A DNA stretch of 64,000 nucleotides from Balanoglossus misakiensis (taxonomy: Eukaryota > Animalia > Hemichordata): the NCBI GenBank assembly GCA_040954595.2, contig CM082579.2, positions 6,747,625 to 6,811,624 of the forward strand. The letters run 5' to 3'. The position numbers and the translations under genes are program-made. The notes below the pieces were generated by a model. The model was not told where the DNA came from and made no database searches. It saw only the letters and a program-made list of their open reading frames with translations. Shown here piece after piece: positions 23,898 through 39,400 of the stretch (position 1 is the first letter of the stretch; every line of letters starts with the position of its first letter).

Positions 23898-24490
23898 AGA
23901 TGGTTCACCAGTCCAACATGCGTGATTGTTTACCCGGCTAGTTCTGCCGTCCATGAAGAAAGAAGAAGCACAATCAGAGATTGTACACCAAACCGATTTA
24001 AATTGTTGAACCACATTTCAAGTTGTTTCATATCTTTGTTCCTGTTATTTCAAGCAAGACCCACAAACTTTACAATATACAGTCTTCTACTTATTTTGCT
24101 TTTGTGACTTTGCTATTTATTGACATGTTATGGATATTATTTTGCTTTGCAATACATAGTTGAAATATGTAGTTTCACATCAACAAACAATTTCCAAGAG
24201 TATTCCTCATACTCATCTGTATGTTCCAGATATTTGAAGTTGTCTGAATTTGTTGTAATTGAAATTTATGTAACTTTGAACTGAACTGAAATAAACATTT
24301 AAACATGTACAAGTGTTGTCATATTAGTTTTATTAATTTTCTTAAAATGACATCAAGAGGAGTGTTCACAAGTCTCACTGACACTGATGCTGATGCTAAC
24401 TTTTGATTACTTTTGGTGGTACATGCTATAATTGGCCATGCAGTGTGGACCTTTTGGCAGTACAGAAATGAACAGTTATTCTTCTATCTT

Positions 24491-27400
24491 CTAGCTATGT
24501 TTGGGTTTCTTTAAAACTGGTTCCTTGCTGCCAGATGAGTTATCGTTGAGGGGTGGAACACTGAAGTCTGGTACCTGAAAGAATCAAGATGGAAACAGTT
24601 TGAACTCGGTTCCAATTGTGATGTGCTTCACTTTTAACCTTTTTTAGGAACACAATTTTACTCACCACTGGATGAACTAGCCGAAGCTGTAACTTCTGAT
24701 GTTGGATGTTAGACTTGTCAATGCTGATCTGCACGATCACGCGATCAAACACACGGAATTTCACATCCCCAGCCGACTGTGAGCTTTCCTGTTGACAGAA
24801 AATTCAGAAATGTCACTACTAGTATACGACACAACCTGGCAGCATTCTGACAAAATCGTCTGTGATGTGTCATGGCAGAAGAAAAACATTGAGTCAAATT
24901 TAGGTATCTAATCATAAAGATACTCAAAAGTTGATTACATACACGGCAAGTACGTGTACCTACATTTCAATAAACGCATAGGTATATTATTTATGGCCAG
25001 ACTGAACTGCTAGTGGAATCAGTTGCAGACACTCATTTCCTGTTCAATGGCATCAAATATTAGAATAAAGACCTTTTGATTCCTGGCCAGAAAGATTGAT
25101 TGATAATTAGAGCAACATCAATAAGTCTATTTGGAGAATTTCCTGAAAACATCCAATTTTTAAATATTACGAAAGACTATAAATTGCATGCAGCGTGCAT
25201 CCGGCAGTATAGGCTTCTCTTTGTAAGACTAAGGATGACGCAGAAATAGTCAAGGAGTAAAAATTGTGAATAAAATGAATCAAAAGTGGGCAGCTGCCAT
25301 GCCATTTTCTGTTCAAATTCATTTATTTCGCAGATGGCTGTCTGTCTGTCCTTCCTTTATCCGTTCATATATTGTATTGTATTGACTTTTGACATTCACC
25401 CAGCAAATAGATAACTTCTGGTCTATCAAAGATTTGAGTTTCACTTGTATTTACATGGATCAGATATTTGCATGATGGTTTCTTTGGCAACTGTTATCCT
25501 AGATATTAAATAAAATATTTAAAAAAAAAATCTATTTTCACAGGGTTTTTAAAAGTACATTTAGTGCACTCAGTATGGAATTTATCCATTGCCTCAACAG
25601 TAGCAAAGCAAAGCCCCATCACTCCTCATCCCACACATCCCAATTCATCTCAATTTCTCAAGACAATCACACGCAGGTGTGAGAGTTCCTCACTACTATT
25701 CCTGTAATTTCCGACGAAGCCAAGCAGAATCAGCTGCCTGACACACAGCAAATCACAGTTAATAGCATGCAATATCTAAATCAACGCCGCTCACAAAATC
25801 ATAGGTTATGTGAGTAGGTGTATAAACCACATTCGTTATTTATTTCACTGATGAAATATGATCGCTTTAAAATGTCTTTATTAGGCTTAGGCTCTCAGAA
25901 GATCATGTTTGCATTGCACTCTCCTAAAACAGGTCACTGGCACACGTCCAGATGGAATACAACAGATAGGGAAGGTACATATAGAAATTAGGAGGCAGGG
26001 GAGGGAATAGTGAGAGCGACGACAAAGGAGTGAATCTAACACAAAAATCTTGCCACTAAAAACCCAAAGGGCTGCAGGCAAGGAAAATTTCGACACTCAT
26101 TGAAATATGATGAAAACAGCCATCGCTAATTCCATGGCTGATGTTTATATGTACCTCAAGACACTGGGTTGTCGACTTTTATACAAGAGAGTGGGTGTGA
26201 CCACAGCAGACTCACGCTGGCAAATCTCAGGCTATTTAGAATATGTCCCATCTCATCCCGTATAGAAAGTCAGTGAATGATCCTTTTATCATGTTTATGG
26301 GGAGAATGAAAGCAGTCCCTGAGGGGGGTTGGGACACCACAAAAACACATGTCAAGGCCACCTGACCTGTCTCTTTAATAAATACAGCTACAATTGTTTA
26401 TGAAGTGCAGTTTCTATAATGCTTTTAATAGTTTTCTTGAATCATAGCCCCAAGCTGATTATATGTGTGAACTAGTTCACCTATAATCTCATAGTCCACA
26501 GTGACACCAGCTAAAGTACAAGTACAAATCTTTAAGGCAACACTGTCCTACATTTTAATAGGAATGTTGGATGTCCAGATCATGAAAATGTCCATTATAC
26601 CTTCTTTGAGATTTGTGAGACGTGCAATGGAATTGAATCATAATAATGTAATAATGTTTTTGGACTTGCAATGCATGCACACACCCATCCTCTTATTTTG
26701 CAGTGGAACGAAAGTCTGTGCTGTCATTGCAGGAAATTGGGGTCAAAGGTCGAGGAACTGCGCTTTGAGTGGAAATAAATTTCTCACTGCGATTAACATA
26801 ACAATACACAGACTGAGGAAGTTTCCCTGCAGCAAGTTCAACATCACAGGAATTGATTTCTGTGTAATCAGATTTCACGGCTGATTTCTCACATTGAAAG
26901 GGGGACACCCTATGAAAGCACAACTGGCAAATTGTTTGAAAAGATTACGATGAAGTGCCAATGGCAAATAGTGGTCTAAAAACCAATACATGCACAGAAC
27001 CTGCTAGTCTAGAACCTAACCAACATGTTTTAGTTTATGTATCAGCTCACTCACTCACTCACTCACTCACTCACTCACTCACTCACTGGTGGTTTCTGGG
27101 GGCTCGAGTGTTGAAAGATGTCCTTGGACGACTGGCATTGCTTTCAACTGCATTAAATGCACATCAGGTTTCAGTTAGAAGTGATTTATCAGCCTTCAGA
27201 CTGTGGGAGAGTATCTTTGCCGGGTCTCTTGTTTGTGTGCCGTGTTGTAAATGCCCCATTTACACAGCGGAGGCATGAGAGCTATGTGTCTCGCTCGTCG
27301 CCCAGCCAACTTCTGCCAAAAGTGGGTCACTCTGCTGGTAAAACTCAGATATGAGGGATTGGCCAACAGTAAACTCCAAAACTGTGGGAATACATGAAGT

Positions 27401-30400
27401 AAACTTGGAAGTTGTTGCGGGAGGATTAAAGACCCGAGAGCTTCCACTTTCTTCATTATTTTACAGATTTTACTTTCTTATTTAGATTGGTCCATCTAAA
27501 TAAGCTTACTAATAGGTATAAATAAACATCATATCAACACCCAATTGTAGCTGTTTGTTGCAATTTGAACAAGTGATATATTAAATGGGTGCCACACCCA
27601 TTTAAGCGGTCTCCATGCCAAGAGTACACAACTATCATCTGGGGTATGCATCGCAAAGAGATGACAAACTGATGCAAATACAAGAAATATGGCTTAATGG
27701 TGATGATTCCAAAGGATATGGAGAAGATTTTATTGTGGGAAAAAATGTGTGAAATTTGGCAGCTCATGGGGCTTTAAGTCATGATGGACTGCCAACTGGG
27801 ACCATCCAGGAGCTGGTGGTATTCAGACCGGCCCTCTCCCCTAGGTCATTGCACATTCGAATCACATCCATTCGACCACATTACATAACTGGCAACCTTG
27901 CAGTCTTATAGCCATTTGATAGATAACAGGTTTTTCACCATCCACACAATACACTGCAGTTCACTCTTTTGGTTTGTGCATGCAAATTTCGAGGCTGAAA
28001 TTCAGCAATTCGAGAGGAGTCCTAATCATTAGTCTAATGAAACACCAGCCCCTTTGTGAGAATTCTTTTCTCCCTGCAAAGTTACATCATCAGAAATTCC
28101 TCCGTTTTGGGAGTACTCGACATGCAACGGTAAAAGATGAATGAAAACAAGTTTGTGTCGTGTGAATATTCATGGCCCTGGTAACGGATGGGGGCGTGGT
28201 GCGTTGAGATGTTTGCGTGTTGGATATAGACGCACACACCCATCTGGAGATCAGCCAAGGTCAGAAATAATACGACTTCCAATGAACCATTTATCAGAAG
28301 ACATTCCATTCGTGAAATTAATATTTTCACATATTCCACTCTGCTATTGGCAGATTAGATTGGACACGATGTCAGAGTTGATCAAAACTCGCTTTCGAAG
28401 ATCTGCAATATAGGTTTTGGGAATACATGTATCTACATTTCCTGAGGTGGTGATTCTTAACTTTGTTATAGTAAGCTGTCCCATATCCCCTGGAGTTTAC
28501 AAGGAACGAACATTTATCCTGTTTGCTGACCAATCAGAGCCCTTAAGAGGAACGGTGCTCAAATTAACATTCGTCAATCTGTAAAAATAGCTCACAGGGG
28601 CATATACACACATCTGCACCAAAATGTTATGAAATGAGGAAAGCCACTGGCTGAGTGATGTAGTCTTCTTTCTAGAAGTCTTTCTGTCAAAGGTCGTGCT
28701 GTCACAGTTCTTACGTATTGGCTAGGAAAGCTACATTTCGAAAACAATTCTATCAAAATACCACTATAAAAACTTGTCAAATTATTGAAAATTATGTTTA
28801 AAATTACCCTATAAAGAGACTTTTCATTGCTAGTGGGCAGTTGAATTTATTTTACGTTCCATGATGAAACTAAATTCGATCACTCTTGAAAAATGAGAAC
28901 TGCAGCAAAGGTCAAAGGTCGTAGGCTTGTGTGTAAACAGAAAATATGACAGTTCGACCTTACACCAAGGTTAGGCAATGAAAATATCAATAATATTTTT
29001 GAGTGCTCACAATTAAACTTTATTGGGTGTTTCTCGAATTTCTGCTTGTTACCTCCCTGGGAGACTATGACGCATTACAAGATAATCTGTCAATTGCAGT
29101 CTTGCACAGACTATCGTAATCTTGTTTTCTTGCAGGCTGTGTGATAATCTTGTGCTTTTGGCTGTTCTTTATTTTCTCGAGTGTACAAAGGAGAAAAGAG
29201 AACAGCGAAGAACCAGCACAGGTAAAGACGGCACCTAACTATACACCTGACTTTAATCAGATTGTGTGATTATCCGAATGTAACAAATTATTTGGTATCA
29301 CAACTCCCATTTTTGAGAAGACACTGATCCCCAGCAGGCAAACACGATTTCAGCATCTGCCATCAAAAAGTGCACGTTCCGGAGACTTCACACCGCCATA
29401 GCAACAAGCTGAGATATCTATATTTTATTCACTGCAGGATCTATAAAGGAAACCCAGACTGGTTCACAGAAATCAACCAATCAATTCATGGAAGGCAACA
29501 AGGCATACAAAATACTTTGATTCAATAAACAAACAGAACAAGTTATTTCCACTCTACCAGCTGGCATTATATGCTTTGCCCCGAATGAACTTTGCCAGCA
29601 CTTGAGACGTAGAAAGAGATATTCCCCCAAGACTCATGCAGACGGCCACTTATGGTTGATCGCATTACACTCACAGGATGACATAGTGTCTGCTCTCCTG
29701 CTGGCTGTATACATGACACAGCAGGTCACAGACAGGATGATCGTGGCAATGGGCTGTGTATTAAAGTACTAAGTCATGGTAGACTGCAGTCATGAATCAC
29801 AGTCTGGCTTGGTATGTTCTGAATGTTGAACATTGTCACTCTCGAAGTTGCATGTGCTCACAGACCTATAAGGATGGGGATGATGATAGTAATGATGATG
29901 ATGGTGGTGGTGGTGATGATGATGGTGGTGATTATGTTACAGCACAGTATATCAACACTGCCGACATGTACATGGACATGTCATGCTGACTAACTGGGCA
30001 GCTCAGGTTGTCGAATTATTCCTAACAAAAAGACACCAGCCCTGAATTACAAAGAATGCGTTTACATGTATTATAAACAGGTCATTCAACTCCACAGTTG
30101 CCATCCCACAAGAGAGACTGTTGCTATGGTTACCATACCCAGCTAACCTTCCTTTCACCTTATTTTTTTTTCTGCAGTACATGCAGACTAAATCTGATCT
30201 GTCTGGACACATTGAGATCATTATACTTTAAGGGAATGTGTGGGTATCAACTTCTGAGGAGATTATACAACTTAAAAAAAAACATTACAACAAACAGAAT
30301 CGGGGAAACCACAATTTGTAAAATATAAGTGTACAAAATAAAGTATAATGCAATACGTCAAACAATCGGTATTTCCCTTGGTTTTATGCAGTGAATACTT

Positions 30401-33400
30401 CTAAACCCTCATTGGAGAGGGTGGGCAGGACTTCTCTTGCACCCCCCTCCGGCTTTCTGTGAAAAACAAAATCCTACGTATCTTCCACAATCACAGAAGA
30501 CGAGGTTCATTCGCACAAGCACGGCAAGGAGAAACATGCAGAAACGCAAACACACTGAGCGTGCTCAGTCTGGACGATTTGATTTCTTTTCTTCTCTATA
30601 CAAGCAAAGCTCACTTACACTCCAATGCTGATCAAACGCAGGCCTCGCCAGATCGGCTGAAAGGGCTATTATTGTTAAAAGCCAGGTCAACAACCTTTAG
30701 TCCTTCGGCTATAGAACCTGGGCTATACGGTCTCTCAAACTTCAATTCAATGCAGTCGTGGATACCGCCCGTATTTACATAAACATGTTACGGAATGTTG
30801 TGTCTCGGGATATCAATATTTTAGAAATCTAATTTTGCTTCACAGTCTAATAAACATTTCACATTCCTGACAGTCTGTGTAAAAAAGTTGCTTCAACCCC
30901 GACCACCCCATGATATCCCAGAATGTAAATTTACTGAAAGAATGAAAACTTTTAAATGATTTAAAAAGTTTTATAGAGTATTAAATACATGTATGTGTTT
31001 TAATTGCTTTTTAAACTGTTGCTGACAGGTTATGTGCTGGAGTACAACTGGGGACAGAGCGGGGTTAGGACTGAAATTTTCCCTGGCCATTCCCAGGGAT
31101 GATTTTTTTTCGATCACCGCCCAACCAAGACTGGTAGAAAGTGATTGATGATTTGGATGTCACCATTCTCAGTTCCTGGACGTGCCTAGATGTCAAAGGT
31201 CACCAGTCACAAACCAAGGAAAAGGGTCAGACCATACCGTGACCCACCACTGTACTGCACAAATTTTGTAAATTTTTTACTCATTCTGCTGGTTTGCTTT
31301 AACATGCAGTGGTCATTCGGCCATAATAATTTTTATCTCTGCATCATGTGTGGTTCACTGTCAGGAAACACTGTAAAAACTCAAAAGAAAATAACTGTAA
31401 ACACCTGTCCTGTAAGATATAACTCATAGAAGACAATTGGGATTTTAATTGTGTTGTTGACTGTTCCGGGTTGAGAAGTTCAGCAATGTTCACCCTTGTG
31501 TTGTAAATAATGTCTGTGAGCCCAAAATAAATGTATTCCACATTCATTGCATACCTATAACACCTAACTTACTCTACATCTCATTTTAATCAGACTGGTA
31601 CAAAAGTGTACCAATCTGGTTAAGTCAGACACATAATTAAGAGACAAATATATACCTTAGTGGTTGCATGAACAGGAGTTGGCAGTTCTATGAAACACAA
31701 AACTGTATTGGTTAATATCATTAAAAAAATATCAACTATAAGGGCACAGTGACCTTGTCTGAAGGACACTACTTCATGAGCTAACCGCCACATTTTGTTT
31801 TGTTTACCACTAGTAAGGTCACAGACAACCAAGCTAATAAATTTCATCCATATGCACCAAATCGAACCTTGATTTTTTTTTTAATATTTGCCTTTCTGCT
31901 GACTCTGAGTTGAGTTCCACCAAGCTTGTCTTCTCACTCAATATTTGAAGTGTTACAGTATAAAGTGCACACAGAGGATTTCCTTCCTGGTCCTGCACGC
32001 CCTACCACTTCAAATCACTCAACTATTTTCATACGTAACAGTTGATATTGCATACCCGGTACTGTCACACGACCTCGGCCTGCTCACACGCACAGTCTGT
32101 TATTGTTGTTCCCTGACATCTGTGTTTCATAATCAATACATACTTTGCTCAAACAATGTCTGCTTGTTATCAGATACTGTGATGAGATATTTATCACAAT
32201 GGAATGTTTTGCTGAATAAAAAAAAAATTCAATGTCGTGACATAACATAGTAATTTTTAATAAATATTAATAAATTATCTCCAAAAACATATTGATATTA
32301 ACAAATAGCAAAATATAAAACTACCAGCTGTGCAAAAATGAAATGCCAAGGTTTAATTGCCGCACACAAAATGATATTTAGTGGACTCTAATCTTAACTG
32401 GTACAGCACAGCAGAACAACAGTATGACTGATTTGTTTCTGTTGCTTGTAAATTCATATCATAGGCCTATAAAGTAGATAAACCAAAATCCGAGTCACAA
32501 ATGTGATGCTAACCTTTAAATGACCTGTCATGAGAGCCTTTTGAGTTTCCACATTCTTACCAATTGCTGAATGTTAGTCAAAATTTATGTTATACTTCTG
32601 TTTTGTACCAAACGCAACAGTGAAAAAATATGAGAAACTTCCCCTTTCTTGTTGTGACACAGTTTGTACTGATCTTGGAGTTTGAGTGTTTTATGGGGAA
32701 TGTGTCATTATATCCTGGGGGATAGTTTCAGGAGAATTCACCACAATAAAAGAATCTGTATCCAAACTCAATCCTATCAAAACAAAAAGCAAATTTTTCA
32801 TAACAAACACCATGATTGTTGGAAAAACACCAATTTTTGACAACATATCCCGGAAGTTAATTGTTTCCTGATCACGCACTGAAATGCTTCACCCATTCAT
32901 TGACTTTTTTTGACAAGTTTCATCTACAAATCTCACGACATTCTCACTTTATCTCACAGGACATTGTTTCTCTCAGATAAACATCAGATAAAACTCGAAA
33001 CAAACAGTTCCGCTACTTGTCTGTGATCTCTTTGCAAATATCACGACTTCAGTGTTCAGCAAAAAATCTGTCTCGACTGAATCCCTCACCTTCAAATTTC
33101 ATTCACATCCACAAAAAAATCCTACACATTTTAATGCCGATTAAGTGCTGCTTCAAATTCTGCTCGGTTTATAGGACATTTTATGGTTTCTACCAATTCA
33201 CCAACACTCAGTCTACGGTTTATGAGTTATTGTGGGCTTATACACAGTACTTCCTCTTTTTGCAATCCCTTGCAAATCTCAAGTGTTGTACAAAGTTCAA
33301 AATGTGACTACCCTTATTGTTTGCAAAATATTACTGGTATAAAGGAATGACAGATTCTGAATTGTGTTCGTACCAGTGTGAAATATTGACCAAGATCCCA

Positions 33401-36400
33401 TTGTTTGGTCCAGGCTCAGAAATAATACTCGGTATTTTGATAAATTACCAGAAATACACAGGATACCGCCCGGGCACCAAAAGAAGTATTTTTGAAATGT
33501 TTTAAATATTTTTTGTCAGATTTTAATCTAACAGTGATCACGCAATAATCTGATAAAGTGGGTTGATCTTGGTTGGTGTGTGACTAGGTGGAGTGGTGGA
33601 GATTTCAAGGTTACTGAGAAAGACACCCACCCACACACATGAACACATTGAAAACACACTGACCACTCCACTTGCTGGTTCAATAACACTATTGTGCGAA
33701 CGAGCCCAAGTGTGTGAACAAAGACCGACCTTTCACCCTTACTATATGCCTGCATTCCGTGCAACGCAGACTGGGGTAAAAAGGAGGCCACTGAGACTCG
33801 GGGTGAGAAGGCCACTAGTCCCTTAATCCAATTCACACGAGGACACACACAATAAACATCGCTGTCACAGACCCTGGGCTAGATCGTGTTTCAATAATGT
33901 AGCAGACTTCTTGTTTCATATGTTGGGCAGTGCCGGTATAACCCAGAGTCACGCACCTAAATATCAGAGGGGGGGGGGGGAGAGGCAGGAGGGAGGGATT
34001 CGAGGGAGGGACTGAGAGAAAAACAGACAGATAGAACCAGACAGACAGAATGTGACCAATTATAAGCTTGGGGTGTGTTCAACTCCTATGGTTGCAGCTT
34101 TGACTCATTCACAAGTGATAAACCCTTTCAGATACCCCCAGTTCCCTCGTTAGAGGTCCAACGTTACCATTGAAAACAATGAGTTTGGGCTGAACCATGG
34201 TGGTGAAAGGATTAAAGACCAAAATGTGATACATTTATAGGCTTGGAGTGCAAGTCACAGTACAATGAACTGAGACTAGATTAGTTTGAATGTACCGGTA
34301 TGCTTTTAAAATACATTGAGAGTAAATTTATTTAGTGTCTGGCAATACAGTCTGTACGGAGACCCAGTGGGTGTGCTTTGAATACTCAATGACATTTATG
34401 TCTCTCAAAGTGTTTCGATCACAATTCCCTTCTGGCGTTGTCTGGTCAAATGGAGGTAATTTTGTGGGGTGGGGAGACAATGTTGCCACTTTCAGCCCTT
34501 CTCACACTTCATTTATGGCAAGATACATAAAATACTATCGACTGTCACTGAAAAATGAAGTCACGTCACAAATTAAGGCGATTTGAAGGACGACGTTCTT
34601 GCAGAAGGACACAATGGTACCTGCGAGGGCGCCAGACCACCCTCTTGAATAATAATGACATGCTAAGATAGGGTACCACGACATACATTATAGACTCACT
34701 CAGGCAAAGAAAACCAACACCAGTTTCAATATATTCAGCAAATACAATCCTTTTGTGGTGGCCACCATCTGTTAAAATGCAACCTTTTAAAAATAATATT
34801 TCATGAAACGCATGATATGGTTTAGAGAGATTCACAGCTTGTAGTAAAAGTTTTGTTTATGTGATCACTATGCCACGTCATATCATTGAACATGTGGAGA
34901 GTGTGGGAGGGAGGACATGTTCCTTTTTAGCAGGGTACTTTGGCAGGGTAGCCATGGCAACCATCTGTGCATGCTGAAACTAACTTTCTGTGAGATTTTT
35001 GAACATATCCAGACAAATACTGGAAACCCCACATGTGTCATACTGGGGCTTAAATTTTAACAGCCTGGAATGACAGTAATGCGCGTTTCATGTAAAACAA
35101 TCATGGACGCTGCTTAAAGTTGATCAACTCGAGTGGTTTATGTCGCATCGCTATTCGATTGTTGTATTTCCAGCATACTTCACCCACGGGGATAAATTCT
35201 TTACAGTTCTGATTTTGGAAATCTTGTGTTTCACTCCATCAGGATGTTGTCCATTAAACCCACGTCTTTCCTCTTATATCTGTCTCTGTGGTAAAGCTTC
35301 TTCTTTCAGGTGTACCACCCCAACCCCCAACCCCCTCTTCAGTGGAATGGTCCAGAACAAAGCAGAACATAATTATTGCCAGAAAACGGATATGTCCGGT
35401 CAATGCACAAGCAAGAGTTTGATGGCATCGCTATTGATTGTTATACGAGACCAATAAAGCTGCACATTTCATGGTTCTAAACTATCCCTGTATTCTCTCA
35501 TTAGCGATGATCGAAAATATAAACTCATAAAACAGAGTAATATATCATCGCTCTCATCACTGTCGCTTTGGAGTTGGGTCGTATATACACGGCAATTGTA
35601 TATACAGGGCGCTGGGCTCTCATCACTGTCCTCTCGCTGTGGGATATCAATCTCATATAGGATATTATCTACCGAATACTGGCATTGCACTGCAGAGAAT
35701 ATTGTTCATATACATGTACTGTGCACTGCTCAAGTACATTTGACTGATTTACTCATAAAGGTCAAATTTGAATTGGATCATCTTAAAAACGTCAATTCTT
35801 TGTTGGCATGCCAGATACTACATGTATTTCCAACAATGCAAAACCCATATATCTGTACATACAGCATAGATACCTGTTGGGGTAATATCACTTTAATACA
35901 TCTCCGCTTTTGGCAAGGTTTCAAGTGTTGTCACGTTCAATGCCCGACACCTTCCATGTAGCTGGATTTCCAATATAACAAAGAAAACCGTGCTTCGTTC
36001 GATGAGCTGGATGACGGCAATTACAGGCGCGCAACGAAAGCAAGGTCACAGGCTCAACTCGAACACCTACTCCAAGGCAAAAATTTTAACACCTTTGAAA
36101 TATTAAAGATACAAGATCTCAATGCCGGGTCTTAAACAAAAGCATCGGAGGAAACCTGTCTTCTCAAAGATCAAAGGTAACATTGCAACAACGGTTGAAT
36201 GGTTACTTGATAATAAGACAACAGGAAAGTCTTCTAAGGTGTTGATTGTCATCAAAGTGTCAAAACACTCGAAAGACAAAGACTGCGCTAAAATTCTAGA
36301 TAAAGACTGCTTGAAAATTCTAACGCCTTTTGAAATGAATTTTTCATCAGTCTTCTATTGGGACTAAACTGTCCTGATTTGTATTACCGATACACTGATT

Positions 36401-39400
36401 TTGGTGTTAGATTATTACATGCACCGGTATATGAAAAGTGATATTAAAAGATGTTAGGCTTTTTCTTCTGCCATCGTCTTCAAGAATATACAAAGACAAA
36501 CATGAGTGGATACCTTTATTGGTGTCTGTGTACGGTTCGCAATGGCAAATCCAAACAGTGCATTTCACTCAGAAGAAGGATTTTCACATCAGCTGACTGA
36601 TCTACCCAGTATGAAATGAAATCATCAAATATCACATTACACGGCGTGGTCCTCGGTGAACTTTGACCCAAGACTGGTGTTCAGGGAGAAGCTTAGTGCA
36701 AAATGAGATTCTGTGAATCTGACATCAAATCTTTTACGAGACTCATACTTTTCCCGCTCAGGTTTCATCGATAAATCTTTGATGACTGAATGATGATTCC
36801 AATTTCCTGCACTGTCAAGTATCCACTGACTCTGAAATAGCTTGATTGATTTTCAAGTGCACATCTTGATCAGTGTAATATTTTTGCAAAATATTTTAGT
36901 AACACAACTATACGCTTATGTTTTGATTAACAGGACAAGCATATTACTCAGTCTAACCAGACACAATAAGCAGGAACCTAAAAACTTTGGAAAAATATTT
37001 ACCTCTGGAAGTAGTACCCAGTCATTCTGAATGAATGAATGAATGCTTTGCTTCACAGGGCATTGTGTACACAGAGAAAAGGATGGAGGAAATAGGAAAC
37101 ACGAGTCCTCGCACAGTTGTAACCCTAACTTCTTTCTGTCATACTTTATAATGTTTCAATTGCACAAGTTCCTGTAAAAACGATAATAGCAGACGATGTG
37201 TCCATCTGTTTTGTACGATTTTATATTTCAAACTCTTGCGTTCAACAGCTGTATATAAGTTTGACACCTAGATTTTAGTTCATTTTCGTTTGTAAATGAA
37301 CGAACTACGTTATTTGTGCTACACTGACAAACATGCCCACATCAATAAATTACATATCAGCATTATGCTATTCTTGCAGACAGAAGGAATTTCAACAAAA
37401 GGGTACTTTTTATACTGAAATTCTCAATAACTATGACATGCTCCTGAAATGTAGCTTGTCCACCTCCGCCTTCCTGCAGTATTTGAGATGGAGTCAACAC
37501 CACTGCATAAACAACAGGGTCAAACCACAAGCGTGAACGTGATAGGGGTGGGAGAGGATGTTGACAGCAAATCAACAATTTCAGTCAATTTTGAGATCAC
37601 TGATGGATGCAATGACTCATTAAAATGGAATCCTTCCCACAGCAACTAGCAACAGATATTGGTCACAATATTTCAATACCCGGTCAAACACCCTTTTTGC
37701 TTCTCCATCTGGAAATCAGACTTAATTCAGAAATTAGCCACAGAACTGTGCGTTACGCAATCAATCTCCATCACGTTTAAATCCAGGCGTCACATCCCGG
37801 GGAAATCAATATCAATCAGGCGGCAAACGCAGGGAAAAATTACATCATTCATCATGGAATCTGACAAAAATAACAGTCTCCCATCCGATTACAGTGTCGG
37901 TTTGGATGACATGTCACACTAATTTATCTCCGCTCTCACAAAGTACCCGAAGAGATGATGAATTCATTGGATTACATTCACCTGCAAAGCTCACACGAAA
38001 TATGGGGCTTTCGTGGAAATAACAGTCGCCCTGTGGCGATGTACAATCGTGTCATACTGACTTCGAGTCTCTTAAATTGCTGACCTTGTTATATACAGTC
38101 GAGGCTCCGACTGTCAAACTATAATGAGTCAGACACACCTTACATATGGGATTTCTATAGTGCAGGCTGTCTGTCTGTCTGTTAAGTTGCTCTTTCCTGT
38201 AAAATTAATTTCCTTACTATAGACAGAGCAGTACATTGTCGTTTCAAAATGATATGAGTCATAGCATATCAATAAAAGTAGACATATTGTTTCTCCATGA
38301 ATTTACAGGAAGATGCACTTTAAGAGACAATAAAATAACTTAATTGACTGTTCCTGACTGGTGGTATATGGGCGAGACATTTATACAATTCATGATGCAA
38401 TTATGTCATGTCATCAAAATTGAGAGTAATTATCATAACTGTATCTTAACAGCTTCACATTAATTATATTGAAAAAGCTTGACATCCCTCCCCTACACAT
38501 AAGTTCCTTGGTAATAAAATGCACACATAAATTCTTACATAAAAATTGTCTTCATAAGCAAAATACAGCTTGGGTTGTGCTGTCATAGTCTTGTCTGTGT
38601 TGCATGGACATTTACATGCAGCTCTGTGCCACTGTCACAGGCCACTGAATGAGTCATCCTGGATGGAAAACACATCACTGGCGATGAATCTGAATTCTTG
38701 TGTGTGAGGGAGAATATCACTAATTCAGTCAATGCACGGATTGTACACACATAAATCACAGACATGCCCTATTATATGGGGATTGATGACACAGGTTCAG
38801 ACGCAGGATTTCATAGCAAGCAAAAAAATGCTGATGTATCAGCTTTTAATACTGTCAATAATATTTTTCTGGATGATTAGGAGAAAGCTGTACTCATTCC
38901 TGGTGGACCAGCAAGACAGGCAAACAGACGGACAGACAGATGGATGAGTGGGTGGGTGGCAGAGAGCTGACCACTCGTTTTAACCGTATATGGGCATATG
39001 TAAATTGATTTAGAGGTGATCCTATCCCTTTGATCCTGAAGAAAGAAACATTCGCAGCCTGCAATGTAAACACCTTAGCGACCCAAAGCGATGGGAGTGT
39101 ATACTTCCTCCATTTCTTCAACATTCAGACAGAAACTACCATAAAGATTAATCAACATCCAGACACACTATCCTGAAAGTAGTTCAGGGCACACACGGCT
39201 ATCACAGCACAAGTTACAAAGCCGGATGGATGAGATGTCTTCAAGCATTTCATTTATAATTAACAATCATTACAACTTTATCCTGTTTGCGCAGGAAGGG
39301 CTTTGCTGCACAAACATGATAAGGAGTGACAATTTTATCGTGCTCCCTATTCAAATGCAACAAAATCCCTCTGAATATATAAAATATTCACTGATGAGAA

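Noticed and set aside
35469-35690. 73-aa minus-strand ORF with a repeated GTGATGA (box C-like) 14-mer
   Set aside because: No box D at a suitable distance and no recognisable protein; best explained as a small local duplication.
35991-36042. Imperfect hairpin TGCTTCGTT...AACGAAAGCA
   Set aside because: Too many bulges and no recognised miRNA.
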